A stretch of 64,000 nucleotides of DNA from an uncultured Gammaproteobacteria bacterium (GCA_964345045.1 CAYFPM010000001.1:539264-603263); one strand, 5' to 3'; positions 26,399-37,344 are shown, numbered from the stretch's first letter. Notes: generated by a model not told the origin, from the letters alone. Program-made: numbers and translations.

Positions 26399-27280
26399 AT
26401 GAAAACTCCTCAACAATCCTACCCAGAACTAGCCAAAGCCTTGGGACTAAAAGAGGTTTTTTTGAAACGCGAAGATTTGCACAAATACCAATCTCACAAA
26501 GGGAGATCTATTCCCACCATGATAAAAAATTATGCCAAAGCTGGTTATAAACAGTTTGTAATATCTAGCTCTGGCAATGCCGCTCTAGCGGCAGCTCTGG
26601 CTACCAGCCAACACAATAAAAATAATCCTGGCAAAGAAATCAAACTTACTATTTTTGTAGGAGAAAAAATAGACCAAACCAAACTCACAAAAATCAAATC
26701 ATTGATTACTGATCATTGTTCGCTGATCTCTGCCGAGCGTCCCAAACAAGCCGCTTTTCAAGCTGAAAAAGAAAACCCAGAAACAGTCAAAAATTTACGC
26801 CAATCAACCGATGACTTGGCTCTAGAGGGCTATATATCTCTAGCCCAAGAACTGTGCAAAATAGAAAATATTAGCGCAATATTTTTGCCAACATCTTCTG
26901 GCACTACAGCCGAAGCCCTTGCCAATTACTTTGTAGAGAATAATAAAAAAATACAACTCCATATAGTACAAACAAATTTTTGTCATCCAATAGCAAAAAA
27001 TTTTGACGAGGAAGACCTAGAAAAATCTTCACTAGCCTCTGCTATAGTAGACAATGTTGCTCATCGCAAAAACAAAGTAGTAGAACTAATAAAACAAACT
27101 GGTGGCTTTGGTTGGATAATAAATGATAACGAGATAATAGAAGCCCAAAAACTGGTAAAAATTACCACAGGTATAGAAATCTCTGCCAATAGCGCCCTGT
27201 CTATTGCTGGATTAAAAAAAGCCGCAAAAAGCGGCTTTGATTGCGGCGAGGTTGTCGCCTGTATTATTACCGGTCGGTAA
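26399..27280 (+). CDS. PLP-dependent enzyme of the tryptophan-synthase-beta fold (threonine/cysteine synthase-like)
   Basis: FLKREDLHKYQSHKGRS resembles the PALP lysine motif; glycine-rich loop LPTSSGTTAEA. Confidence 0.55.
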   Translation: MKTPQQSYPELAKALGLKEVFLKREDLHKYQSHKGRSIPTMIKNYAKAGYKQFVISSSGNAALAAALATSQHNKNNPGKEIKLTIFVGEKIDQTKLTKIKSLITDHCSLISAERPKQAAFQAEKENPETVKNLRQSTDDLALEGYISLAQELCKIENISAIFLPTSSGTTAEALANYFVENNKKIQLHIVQTNFCHPIAKNFDEEDLEKSSLASAIVDNVAHRKNKVVELIKQTGGFGWIINDNEIIEAQKLVKITTGIEISANSALSIAGLKKAAKSGFDCGEVVACIITGR

Positions 27281-30200
27281 TTATTCTACACATTGGTTTA
27301 ATTCTGTTTCGAGAGAAAAAGATTTTTCTTGATTCACAGCAGTGTGAGAATCTTCCCAAACTTGCAAATCTCTTATTTCTTCTTCATCTACTACCCATTT
27401 CATTCTGATCTCATGGTGATCAGCAGCCTCTATAGAGATTATTTTGGCATTGATCACCTTGTCGGCACAATCTTTTGTTATTTCCAAAATAACATCATTA
27501 AAATCTTGTTCATGAGGAGCAGTAGAATCTTCAAATCTAACTATTTCATGACCATTAGATAAAATTTCTACTTTGGCCTGGCTAGAATCGGCTCTATACT
27601 CATTACCCGCCGGAGTTACAATATAAAATATAGGCTCTATCAATTCACAACTTAGACATTCTTTTACTTCTTCTATTTCTACAATTGGTTCAATTTCACA
27701 ATCTTCTCCTACATAAACTTTTTCAAATTCTACACTTAAAATTTCTTGGCTTTCTAAAGCTGCATGAGAATCTTCCCAAAGCAAGATATCTTTTACTTCT
27801 TCTTGATTGGCAAAAATCTTAATATAAACTTCGTGGTGCCAGTCAGCATCTACATAAACTACTTCAGAATTAATCACATTTTCTTCACAGTTTTTTTCTA
27901 CATCCACTACAACATCGTCAAAATCTTGTTCATGAGGAGCAGTGGAATCTTCAAAGAAAAATCTAGTTTTACCATTTTCAAGGATGGTTTGTTTTACATA
28001 TTTTGAGTCAAGCTGAATTTCTCTACCTTCCGGAGTTACTATATAAACTTCATAAGTGGTTTTGTCACAATCATATTCACATACAGGTAATACTTCCAAT
28101 TCTTCTGGCTGTGGTTCTACAATATAACCACCTACTCCACAATCTGTTTCTACTTCTTTGGTAACTACATAAACATCGGAACGGGTACCTCTACTATCTC
28201 TAAACTCTACATAAACACTAAATTTATTATCTGTTCCAAGAACAACTTCCCTTTCTACAAAAATTTTATTTTTACCGGTTGGAAATTCTTGCCATACAGC
28301 ATCACTCATGTTTCCACTGTCATTCAATCTGTATTCAACAGCTCTTTGTGAATTCAAGACTAATTTTACTTGACCATTAAATAAACAAGGATCAAAATCA
28401 ACGGTATTTATACTACCTATTGGTAATATATGCGTAGAAGATCCTCCACCCCCACCGCCTCCTCCAGATGGTGGAGGGGTTGGTTCTGGAGTAGGTTCTT
28501 CATAATTATTTTGAACAATTACTTCAATAACATCGGTAGCATTATTATTGCTACTATCTACATCTGCAGGACTAGCTTCTGTATCGTGAGCAATGGTTAC
28601 AGTACTAGTTACAAAGCTAGAAAATTGGCTATCTACAATTAAACCAAAAGTAGCAGAACCACTAGCTCCGACAGCCAAATCTCCTATAATTAGGGAGCAT
28701 ACGGTTCCATTTATAGAACCATCTGGACAACTCCAGCTACCAACACTACCAGCTAGAGAAAAAGTTGTTCCGGCTGGAACCACATGATTCATAAATGCTC
28801 CAGTAGCATTGGCCGTACCATTATTAGCATAATCAAAGGTAAATGATACTTGAGACCCAGGTGTAGTAGAATCTACACTACGGGTATTGGTTACAGAAAG
28901 ATCTACATATGGCACAGAAACTCCTGTGATAACCACAGAATCGCTGTTATTAGTAGAATCATGATCAGAAGTGTAAGGATTACCTCCAAAACAGCCAACC
29001 TCACTATTACAGGTCTCACCTGTACGTACAAATGGACTAATCGTAATTGGAAATACGGCAGTATTTTGAATCTGCAAGGCAAAATCAATGCTTCCTGTAT
29101 CATTGTAACCCAATAAAGCTGGGGTGGTAGAAGCCAGACAAACGGTTCCTGAACCGGATCCATCGGCACAGCTCCAGCTACCAGTACTGCTGGCTGCAAA
29201 GAAAGTAGTATTATTTGGCACAGAAACTTCCAACTCTATACCAAGAATTGGTTGGCTGCCCCGATTACCATAATCAAAGGTAAGTACTACAATATCTCCT
29301 GCGGTTGCTTGTGAAGTAGTGCTAGAAGCTGTTAAATAGACATCTCTAGTCTTGTACCCCATGTCCAAACTAAAATCATTAGTCCCTGCGGCTCCCGTGG
29401 TAAATTCTAAGTAAGAATCACCACCAAAACCTTCTAGTAATGACGAATCCAAATCATCGCTTATAGCTGGAACAGAATTTACATATGTATAGGTAGCGTT
29501 GCTAAGAGAGCTATTTGGGACAAGAAAATAATAAGCTGTATTTGGTAATAGAGAATTACCACCAGTCATATTTAGATTATTTGGTCCACCAAAATAAAAA
29601 TTTCCATTGGCGTCTGTAGTAACACTACCTACCAAGGTTCCATTTGAAAAAGTTCCTTGATAAAGATCTACCTGAACATTGGGAAGATTATCTTCACCAG
29701 CATCTTGTATGCCATTATCATTCAAGTCTATCCAAACTCGATCTCCAATCATTATGTCCGAATAGCTGGTAGTAGTTACAAAAGAACTGTCCAAATTGCT
29801 AGCAGGGGCTTGCCCAAAAATTATATTTGAATTGATATTATTGGCAGTATTTGGGATACCGTAGGTAAAATACTGACTTGGCAAAGTAGTATTTGCTACT
29901 TCTATTCTAAATGATTCTGAATCATTAAATGAAAAAGAATAAAGACCTGCTTGTGTAGTTCTACATTGATCAATTAAATTATTGTTAGCATCATAAGCAG
30001 ATACATAAACATGAGGTCTAACCAAATCAACAGCACTATTATAAGTACCATCGGCATCTACATCTACAAAAACTGTACCAGATACATTGCCATTTGTATT
30101 ACAAACCGATGGTACAGATCCGGTTGGTTGAAAAAAAATATGATTATTTTCTACAAACCCTGAATTATTATCAAGGCTAAAAGTATAATAAGACGGATTG

Positions 30201-30658
30201 CTAGCACATCTTATATCCAAAATACCAGATGGAGAAAAAGCAATATCCTGACCCAAAGTTGTAGTAGCACCTGTTGGAGTATACGGTGTGGCAGAAGGAG
30301 CACAGCCACTAGAAACTTGAAATCCAGCAGGACTAGTGGTAACACTCATAGTGTAGTCACCAGCTACTACCGGGCTGTCGGCCGGTTCCCACTGGTAAAT
30401 TCCTGCAAGGGAACCGTCAAAGTTAGAATTGTTGGCCAAAAATTGCCAAGTTGCCCCTGTTGGAGCTACAACATCTACAGCCCCACCTGTTAGGATTTCT
30501 CCTGTAAACTCATTAATTAAATATCCTTGAGGATCCTTACTACTATAAGAGTCTGCAACAGCTTGAGCTGGTTGACCAAAATTGCTAGCAAGGCTAGCTA
30601 TTATAACTAGCAATGTAGCTAGAGAAGCTCCTATTTTGCCTATTTTCATTTGGTTCAT
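27281..30658 (-). CDS. large secreted adhesin-like protein: SdrD-B/Cna-B-type and DUF11-type repeats, poly-Gly linker, duplicated ~125-aa C-terminal domains
   Basis: signal peptide; GDRVWIDLNDNGIQDAGED...DANGNFYF; two DUF11-like segments; PTPEPTPPPSGGGGGGGG; internally duplicated C-terminus. Confidence 0.8.
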   Translation of the reverse strand: MNQMKIGKIGASLATLLVIIASLASNFGQPAQAVADSYSSKDPQGYLINEFTGEILTGGAVDVVAPTGATWQFLANNSNFDGSLAGIYQWEPADSPVVAGDYTMSVTTSPAGFQVSSGCAPSATPYTPTGATTTLGQDIAFSPSGILDIRCASNPSYYTFSLDNNSGFVENNHIFFQPTGSVPSVCNTNGNVSGTVFVDVDADGTYNSAVDLVRPHVYVSAYDANNNLIDQCRTTQAGLYSFSFNDSESFRIEVANTTLPSQYFTYGIPNTANNINSNIIFGQAPASNLDSSFVTTTSYSDIMIGDRVWIDLNDNGIQDAGEDNLPNVQVDLYQGTFSNGTLVGSVTTDANGNFYFGGPNNLNMTGGNSLLPNTAYYFLVPNSSLSNATYTYVNSVPAISDDLDSSLLEGFGGDSYLEFTTGAAGTNDFSLDMGYKTRDVYLTASSTTSQATAGDIVVLTFDYGNRGSQPILGIELEVSVPNNTTFFAASSTGSWSCADGSGSGTVCLASTTPALLGYNDTGSIDFALQIQNTAVFPITISPFVRTGETCNSEVGCFGGNPYTSDHDSTNNSDSVVITGVSVPYVDLSVTNTRSVDSTTPGSQVSFTFDYANNGTANATGAFMNHVVPAGTTFSLAGSVGSWSCPDGSINGTVCSLIIGDLAVGASGSATFGLIVDSQFSSFVTSTVTIAHDTEASPADVDSSNNNATDVIEVIVQNNYEEPTPEPTPPPSGGGGGGGGSSTHILPIGSINTVDFDPCLFNGQVKLVLNSQRAVEYRLNDSGNMSDAVWQEFPTGKNKIFVEREVVLGTDNKFSVYVEFRDSRGTRSDVYVVTKEVETDCGVGGYIVEPQPEELEVLPVCEYDCDKTTYEVYIVTPEGREIQLDSKYVKQTILENGKTRFFFEDSTAPHEQDFDDVVVDVEKNCEENVINSEVVYVDADWHHEVYIKIFANQEEVKDILLWEDSHAALESQEILSVEFEKVYVGEDCEIEPIVEIEEVKECLSCELIEPIFYIVTPAGNEYRADSSQAKVEILSNGHEIVRFEDSTAPHEQDFNDVILEITKDCADKVINAKIISIEAADHHEIRMKWVVDEEEIRDLQVWEDSHTAVNQEKSFSLETELNQCVE

Positions 30659-30761
30659 ATGAGTTAAATTTTTTATTAATATAATTTTACAAATTGTATA
30701 AAATATATATACACAAATAAGACTTACTTGTCAACTAATAAGTACACCTACCTAGGTTACC

Positions 30762-31481
30762 TTAACATGCCTTTTCAGCTACAGTTACTATATTCATTCC
30801 AAGTTCTATCCCTACTCTTTCACCATGACGAAGAAAATATTGATCTTTTAATTTTAAACCTGTCTTTTTAATTAATCCTTCTAACTCTTCTATTTTAAAA
30901 CCATAATAAAAACGATCCCCCAATACTGTACCATCGGCTTTTTTCCAAGAAAGTTGAAAAAGTCCATTACCCAAATCTTTGTAACTACCTTTTTTAAATT
31001 TTTTATTGGCCCAATCACTATAAGCATTCCAATTTAACATTACTAGTACCCCACCTGGTTTTAAAACTCTTTTTATCTCTTGCAAAGCTTGTTCTTGTGA
31101 ATTTTTGTCTGGCAAATGATGAAAAGCTACCAAACCCAAAACAACATTAAAACTTTCGTCAGAAAAAGGTAGTTCTCTCATATCACCTACCACAAACTCA
31201 ACCCCTTTGTATTTTTCTTTGGCAAAATCAATTAGTTTTTTGCTTATATCTATACCAACAAATTCAACTCCTAATGGTTGCCCATAATCTGTTGACTGAT
31301 CATCAAATAGCTGGTATAATCTACCATTACCACAGCCAATATCGAGTATCTTGTCACCTGGTTTTACAAAATCTCGTAAGAATACCAAATCTTCCCAAAG
31401 AAAAGACCTGGTGCTGGAAAAATGATCTGCAATATCGTTATAAACATCTTTATTTTTATTTATAATACTTTCTGGATCCAT
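30762..31481 (-). CDS. class I SAM-dependent methyltransferase
   Basis: ILDIGCGNGRLYQLF motif I. Confidence 0.75.
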   Translation of the reverse strand: MDPESIINKNKDVYNDIADHFSSTRSFLWEDLVFLRDFVKPGDKILDIGCGNGRLYQLFDDQSTDYGQPLGVEFVGIDISKKLIDFAKEKYKGVEFVVGDMRELPFSDESFNVVLGLVAFHHLPDKNSQEQALQEIKRVLKPGGVLVMLNWNAYSDWANKKFKKGSYKDLGNGLFQLSWKKADGTVLGDRFYYGFKIEELEGLIKKTGLKLKDQYFLRHGERVGIELGMNIVTVAEKAC

Positions 31482-31512
31482 AATTGTTGTATTTTTTAAA
31501 TAGTTCTAAATA

Positions 31513-33324
31513 ATGAAATTCTCCCCGGAACAACTAGAAAAAATGGTTGAATATATCCTTAGTGATAACCCTCAAACTAGGGATGATTTTAATACAGCCA
31601 GACAAAATGCATCTGGTAAGCTAAAGATTACTCCCCCATCCAACCGGGAGCTGTTTGCAGCCTACCAAAATTTGCTCAAATTGAAAAGGGTAAAGCAAAA
31701 TAAACAACTAGAAGAATTTTTGCGCAAAGCCAATATTCGTAGTATGTCTGGAATTGCTGTAGTAACCTCTCTAGTAAAGCCCTACAACTGCCCTGGAGAA
31801 TGTGTATATTGCCCTACAGAGGTGCGGATGCCAAAAAGCTACATAGCCTCGGAACCAGCTGCCGCCAGAGCCCTAAGGCTAGATTTTTCGCCGTACGAGC
31901 AGATGAGAAGGAGAATTCTAATGCTAGAATCTAATGGCCACCCTGTAGACAAAATTGAGTATATTATAAAAGGTGGAACTTGGAATGCTTATCCTATTAA
32001 GTATCAATACTGGTTTATTTTGGAAAGCTTCCGAGCCTGCAACGACCTAACAAGAAGGCAAAAGTCAAAAAAGCAAGAAAACCACCCTTCGGCTGATCAC
32101 CCAGAGGGTGACAATAAAACAAAAAAACAAGTAGATGAAAAATCTAGTTTGGAGGAATTGCAAACTGAGTTAGAAAAAGAGCAAAGATATAATGAAAATG
32201 CTAAACATAGAATAATCGGTCTAACTCTAGAAACCAGACCAGACGCCATTAGCCCAAAAACTGTATACCATATGCGTCACCAAGGTTGCACCAGACTAGA
32301 ACTTGGTTTACAGGCACCGGACGATAAGATTTTGGATTTGGTTAAACGTGGTCATAGTGTAGCCGATTTCAAAAAAGCTATTTTGCTACTAAGACAAGCT
32401 GGTTTCAAAGTTGATCTGCATTTTATGCCAGATTTGCCTGGGACTACTCCAAAACATGATGTAGACATGTACAAATCCCTCTTTAGTGATCCGGCTTTTC
32501 GCCCGGACATGGTTAAGATTTATCCAAACACGGTAATCCCTTCGGCAGAACTATACCAATGGTTTCTTGATGGTAGATACAAACCATACGGCGAAGAAAA
32601 TTTATTCAATGCTTTATTAGAAATGAAATTGGCTACTCCAAAATACTGCCGTATTTCTAGATTAATAAGAGACATTCCAGCCAACGAAATTAAAGCTGGC
32701 AACAAAATAACCAATCTAAGAGAAGAGCTGGCCGCTCATCTAAAAAAACAAGGTCAGAAATGTTTGTGTTTGCGTTGCCGAGAAATTGGCCGCCATCCGG
32801 AAATAAAAAGTACGGAAACAAAAATTTTTGTAGAAGAATATGAAACAGTTGGTGGCCAAGAATATTTTTTAACTGTAGAAGACCCCAAAAGAATAGCTGT
32901 TTATGCTTTTTTACGACTTAGAATCCCATATACAGAAAGAGTGACGAGCGTAAGCTCGTCTGACAAACTAACGTTTGTCACTCCTTTGCCCCACAACCAG
33001 GCTAAAAATAAAAAAATTAAAGATATAAGTTTACTCCCAAAAAACAATTTACTCTACAAACTAATTCCCGAAATAAAAAACACGGCCTTTATCCGTGAAC
33101 TTCATACATATGGTCAATTGGTAAAAGTTGGCAAACGTAGTGCCAAAGACAGCCAACACAAAGGCCTAGGCAAAAGCTTGGTCAAAAAAGCCGAAGAAAT
33201 TACCAAACAAAATAATTTGAATAAACTAGCTGTAATCTCCGGAGTGGGAGTACGTGGCTACTACCGCAAACTTGGGTATAGAAAAATTGGAACCTACATG
33301 ATAAAAAAACTTGACGCCAAATAA
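31513..33324 (+). CDS. Elp3-like radical-SAM/GNAT tRNA modification enzyme
   Basis: radical-SAM Cys cluster CPGECVYCP; Elp3-type CLCLRCREIG zinc motif; C-terminal GNAT (HKGLGKSLVKKAE). Confidence 0.7.
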   Translation: MKFSPEQLEKMVEYILSDNPQTRDDFNTARQNASGKLKITPPSNRELFAAYQNLLKLKRVKQNKQLEEFLRKANIRSMSGIAVVTSLVKPYNCPGECVYCPTEVRMPKSYIASEPAAARALRLDFSPYEQMRRRILMLESNGHPVDKIEYIIKGGTWNAYPIKYQYWFILESFRACNDLTRRQKSKKQENHPSADHPEGDNKTKKQVDEKSSLEELQTELEKEQRYNENAKHRIIGLTLETRPDAISPKTVYHMRHQGCTRLELGLQAPDDKILDLVKRGHSVADFKKAILLLRQAGFKVDLHFMPDLPGTTPKHDVDMYKSLFSDPAFRPDMVKIYPNTVIPSAELYQWFLDGRYKPYGEENLFNALLEMKLATPKYCRISRLIRDIPANEIKAGNKITNLREELAAHLKKQGQKCLCLRCREIGRHPEIKSTETKIFVEEYETVGGQEYFLTVEDPKRIAVYAFLRLRIPYTERVTSVSSSDKLTFVTPLPHNQAKNKKIKDISLLPKNNLLYKLIPEIKNTAFIRELHTYGQLVKVGKRSAKDSQHKGLGKSLVKKAEEITKQNNLNKLAVISGVGVRGYYRKLGYRKIGTYMIKKLDAK

Positions 33325-33490
33325 TTTTGAGAGTAAATTTGTCCCTGGAGGAATCGATTGCAAGGAGAAAAAAAGAGTCTGAAACAAGACTGGCTGATCT
33401 GGGCCTTTGGGATCTTGGCCGTACTGGGAGTTATTGCGGCTATCTCATAACTACTGATACACACACCAAGGAGGAAAATTCAAAAACAAA

Positions 33491-33523
33491 ACTACTTATC
33501 TAGAATAAGTGGTTTTTTATTTT
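33491..33523. terminator. bidirectional terminator (ACTTAT-CTAGA-ATAAGT + GGTTTTTTATTTT)
   Basis: read directly in the sequence. Confidence 0.5.
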
Positions 33524-34416
33524 ATAGATAATATGTATATCCCTAGTACAACAAAAATAAGGGCTATTAGTTTCAAAAATGCATTTTTGGCATCGAATTT
33601 TTCTACAAAAATACTTGGTTTGTATTTGCTAATAAGCAAGGCAAGCCCAAACACAAAAGCAGCTTGCAAACCAGAAAAAGAAACTACCAAGGCTGCTGGC
33701 GCTTTGGACAAAGCAAAAACATTGAGACCATATGCAATCGTATTAAACAAAGAAATAACAATAAGTATTTTAAAAATTGATAGATCTCTATTTTTTCTAA
33801 AAAATTCTTTTACATCCTTGCGATAGCTTCTTTTTGTAAAAAGCGTTAATGACCACAAAAAAATAAAAACTAAATTGAGCACATACACAATCCACTGGTC
33901 TGTAGAAAGCGTGACGCTACGAGTAACTACGGCATAACCGGCATAAGACAAACAAGCCACCACCATATACCAAAATCCTTTGGAAAAATGAATTCTTTCT
34001 TGATGAACGTGAATAGAAGCAATGATAGTTCCAAAAAGCAAAACAAAAAAAGCTAAAAATTGTCTGGTAGAAAGAACTTCTCCAATAAAAAGCCAGCTTA
34101 GTAGCAAACCAAACAGAGGTACTAACCCCCAAAGAATATTAACTCTCGATACTTCTTCTAGCTCTAGCGCCCGAAGATAAGCAATGTCTCCGACAAACCA
34201 AATCAAAGCGCCAAAAGCAATAATTAAAATTATATACAAATCTGGAAAAGAAAAATTTACAAAAGGCAAAATCAATAAACCCAATAGTCCCAAAGCCTCG
34301 ATTAACCAAGCATAGACTAGCGGTTTGTCTATTCTTTTTTCCAAGATGTATTTGTCACCGGTATTGCCAAGGGCCCACAAAAAATGAAAACCAATGACTA
34401 AAAAAATCCAAGTCAT
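33517..34416 (-). CDS. DMT superfamily (EamA-like) transporter
   Basis: 10-TM duplicated EamA-like architecture. Confidence 0.7.
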   Translation of the reverse strand: MTWIFLVIGFHFLWALGNTGDKYILEKRIDKPLVYAWLIEALGLLGLLILPFVNFSFPDLYIILIIAFGALIWFVGDIAYLRALELEEVSRVNILWGLVPLFGLLLSWLFIGEVLSTRQFLAFFVLLFGTIIASIHVHQERIHFSKGFWYMVVACLSYAGYAVVTRSVTLSTDQWIVYVLNLVFIFLWSLTLFTKRSYRKDVKEFFRKNRDLSIFKILIVISLFNTIAYGLNVFALSKAPAALVVSFSGLQAAFVFGLALLISKYKPSIFVEKFDAKNAFLKLIALIFVVLGIYILSIK

Positions 34417-34564
34417 AAATTTGTTTATTCTCTAAAAGAATAACATAATAACGAACAAACATCGAGAAAATGAGATATACACAAGCTATTTGTCAGGTTT
34501 TTTTGAGAGTGTTAACATAGTTTAAATTCGTTCGCTCATTCTAGTTTTCAAAAGGAGGACGAGC

Positions 34565-34738
34565 GTGAGTTACTGGGACACACTGAAACCACCAGACGGT
34601 GGCATTCGTTACGATATACCAGCTTGCAGCAAGTGTGGAAACAAACTGCAAGATAATGGCAACTGTCGTAACTGCTCCGACAGCAAGGTAGCGCGTCCAG
34701 AGAATGTTGAGCTACCCCCACCCAATTCTAAAAAGTAG
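34565..34738 (+). CDS. zinc-ribbon mini-protein (GTG start; CSKCG-x10-CRNC); GC-richer island
   Basis: SD AGGAGG at 34551-34556; manual translation. Confidence 0.35.
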   Translation: MSYWDTLKPPDGGIRYDIPACSKCGNKLQDNGNCRNCSDSKVARPENVELPPPNSKK

Positions 34739-34787
34739 CATAACCAAAGCTCTGTACACACGCTCCCCCATTCATCCCAAAAAAATC

Positions 34788-34817
34788 GCCTAAATGGCGA
34801 TTTTTTAATAATTATAA
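34788..34817 (+). terminator. rho-independent terminator (AATCGCC-TAAAT-GGCGATT + TTTTT)
   Basis: read directly in the sequence. Confidence 0.55.
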
Positions 34818-34875
34818 AACATTGCTTTGTTAGATAATAAGTGCTACGATAACGGAAACTAAACCTAGGAGGAGC

Positions 34876-35061
34876 ATGATGCTTTACGGGTACGAAAGCA
34901 AATCACGAAACTGTCCCAATTGTGGGAGAAGAATGGCCAGACATAACGATCAAGGGGATATATCTTGTATCGGCTGTGGACTGCCGGGAGAAAACCTACA
35001 AAAGAGGTTCAAAAAAGACAAAACCCCCAAGAAGAACGACGATCCCACCGACGAGAAGTAG
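34876..35061 (+). CDS. zinc-ribbon mini-protein (CPNCG-x16-CIGCG) with a lysine-rich tail
   Basis: SD AGGAGG at 34866-34871. Confidence 0.4.
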   Translation: MMLYGYESKSRNCPNCGRRMARHNDQGDISCIGCGLPGENLQKRFKKDKTPKKNDDPTDEK

Positions 35062-35178
35062 TCGGATCCCCCCAACCATCATGCTCAATCATTCAAAACA
35101 AACTCTATGATTTTTGAATCACTAGAACATAAATAAATTAAGTGAATAAGAAAAAACTTATTCATTAATTTTTGTTAT

Positions 35179-36456
35179 ATGGAAAATAATTTAGCCAATC
35201 AAGATCCAGATATAAAAAATCTAATTGACCAAGAAATAAACAGACAAAGCCAAGGACTAGAAATGATTCCTTCGGAAAATCATACTTCCGAAGCTGTACT
35301 AGAAGCGCTTGGCTCTCGTCTAACCGACAAATATTCCGAAGGCTACCCAGGCATGCGCTACTATGGTGGCTGCGACATAGTAGACCAAGTAGAAAACCTA
35401 GCTCGCGACCGTGCCAAAGAGCTATTTGGTGCCGATCACGCCAATGTCCAACCTCATTCCGGCTGCCCAGCCAATATTGCAGTTTACTTTGCCCTACTCA
35501 ATCCGGGTGATACTCTTATGGGACTCAAATTATTTCATGGTGGACACATGACCCATGGTTTGAAACTAAATTTTTCTGGTAAATATTTTAACTCTATCCA
35601 ATACGGTTGTCGCGAAGATGGTTATGTAGATATAGATGAAATGTTTAAACTGGCCAAAGAACACAAACCAAAAATAATTGTTACCGGAGGTAGTGCCTAT
35701 CCCAGACAATACGAATGGGAAAAATACCAAGAAGTAGCCGAAGCTGTAGGCGCTTTTCATCTGGCAGATATGAGTCATGTAGCCGGATTAGTCGCTGGTG
35801 GGGCTCACCCCAATCCAGTTGGAGTAGCCGATGTGGTAACCAGCACAACCCACAAAACTTTGCGTGGCCCACGAGGCGCCATGATTCTGGCCAATGGAAA
35901 TCCTTCTACTCCTCTAAAACCGGTCGAACTAACCAAAGAAAATATTCCAACCCTAATTGATAGAGCGATAATACCCGGAATTCAAGGTGGACCTCACAAT
36001 CACCAAACCGCCGCTATTGCCGTAGCCCTAAAAGAAGCTATGCAGCCAGAGTTTAAAGTTTACGCCAAACAAGTAGTAACCAATGCCAAAACTTTGGCCG
36101 AAGAATTGCTTCAAAAAGGTTATGAACTAGTAACCGGCGGCACAGAAACTCACCTGATACTTTTGAATCTTACTAACAAAAATATAACCGGAAAGAAAGC
36201 AGAAAAAGCTTTGGGAAAAGCCGGGATTACAGTAAATAAAAATACTATCCCACACGATCCTCGCAAACCATTTGATCCCTCCGGCTTGCGTATGGGGACA
36301 CCGGCTCTAACCACTCGTGGAATGAAAGAAACCGAAATGAAAATAGTAGCTAATTTTATAGATAGAGCTTTGCAAAATATGGAAAATGAAGAAGAGTTAG
36401 ACCGAATTCACAAAGAAGTAAAAGAATTATGCAAATCTTTTCCTTTACCTAGTTAA
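35179..36456 (+). CDS. glyA: serine hydroxymethyltransferase
   Basis: full-length SHMT signature including THKTLRGPRG. Confidence 0.95.
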   Translation: MENNLANQDPDIKNLIDQEINRQSQGLEMIPSENHTSEAVLEALGSRLTDKYSEGYPGMRYYGGCDIVDQVENLARDRAKELFGADHANVQPHSGCPANIAVYFALLNPGDTLMGLKLFHGGHMTHGLKLNFSGKYFNSIQYGCREDGYVDIDEMFKLAKEHKPKIIVTGGSAYPRQYEWEKYQEVAEAVGAFHLADMSHVAGLVAGGAHPNPVGVADVVTSTTHKTLRGPRGAMILANGNPSTPLKPVELTKENIPTLIDRAIIPGIQGGPHNHQTAAIAVALKEAMQPEFKVYAKQVVTNAKTLAEELLQKGYELVTGGTETHLILLNLTNKNITGKKAEKALGKAGITVNKNTIPHDPRKPFDPSGLRMGTPALTTRGMKETEMKIVANFIDRALQNMENEEELDRIHKEVKELCKSFPLPS

Positions 36457-36870
36457 GACATCTTCGCTCCAACCAAGTTTTTCCAAAGCTTCTTGCCTGG
36501 TATCACAATAAAAAACTTTGTCACTATTTTTTAGTAACATTGAACGTATAATTCTTATAACAATATAAATGTATCTGCTGGTTACCAAAGCCATTTTACC
36601 AAATTGATCACTCTCGATATTATCTTGGTAAACTTGCCTGGTTCTGTGATCCATAAGTGGGATACCCTTGTGCCCAATCTCAATCAAAATTTCTGATTTT
36701 TTGTTTGGATATTTGAGCATAATATCCTCGGAAATACCGACTGCCCACTTTGCTAGTTCATATGTCCCTTCTTTGTCCTTTGGTCTTTTTATGTAGACCA
36801 CCCAAATCTTACCATCTCCTAAATCTCTAATAACCGTCTTAACAGGTTTATAGACAAATTTTTTCTTCAT
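36445..36870 (-). CDS. hypothetical protein (141 aa)
   Basis: ORF track only; its start is 4 nt from the divergent tsaE start, which is unusual. Confidence 0.35.
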   Translation of the reverse strand: MKKKFVYKPVKTVIRDLGDGKIWVVYIKRPKDKEGTYELAKWAVGISEDIMLKYPNKKSEILIEIGHKGIPLMDHRTRQVYQDNIESDQFGKMALVTSRYIYIVIRIIRSMLLKNSDKVFYCDTRQEALEKLGWSEDVLTR

Positions 36871-36874
36871 AAAT

Positions 36875-37330
36875 ATGAAAAGACAAGAATCTTACAATAT
36901 ACAGGATACACTACATATAGGTGAATCCGCAAGCCAACAATTACAAGGGGGTGATATTGTGTTACTACATGGTGATTTGGGAGCAGGCAAAACAACTTTT
37001 GTAAAAGGTTTGGCCAAGGGGCTGGGAATAGAAGCAAACATTGTTAGCCCTACTTTTACGATTATGAATGTATATGATATTAATCACAAAAACCTAAAAT
37101 CATTAAACCATAAAAGCATTAAAACATTGGTTCATGTAGATACATACAGGTTGGAGGATGAAGAAGAACTGGTAAAAATAGGAATAGAAGATTACCTGGG
37201 CCAACCAGATACGATTTGTATAATCGAATGGCCGGAAAAAATTCCAAATTTGCTAAAAGATAAAAAAATGAAAAATATTTATCTATCTCATACAAAAAAT
37301 GAAAATAGAGTTATAAGTTTTGATTATTAA
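36875..37330 (+). CDS. tsaE: tRNA threonylcarbamoyladenosine biosynthesis protein TsaE
   Basis: HGDLGAGKTTFVKGL ... SPTF. Confidence 0.8.
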   Translation: MKRQESYNIQDTLHIGESASQQLQGGDIVLLHGDLGAGKTTFVKGLAKGLGIEANIVSPTFTIMNVYDINHKNLKSLNHKSIKTLVHVDTYRLEDEEELVKIGIEDYLGQPDTICIIEWPEKIPNLLKDKKMKNIYLSHTKNENRVISFDY

Positions 37331-37344
37331 ACATAAAACCACCT

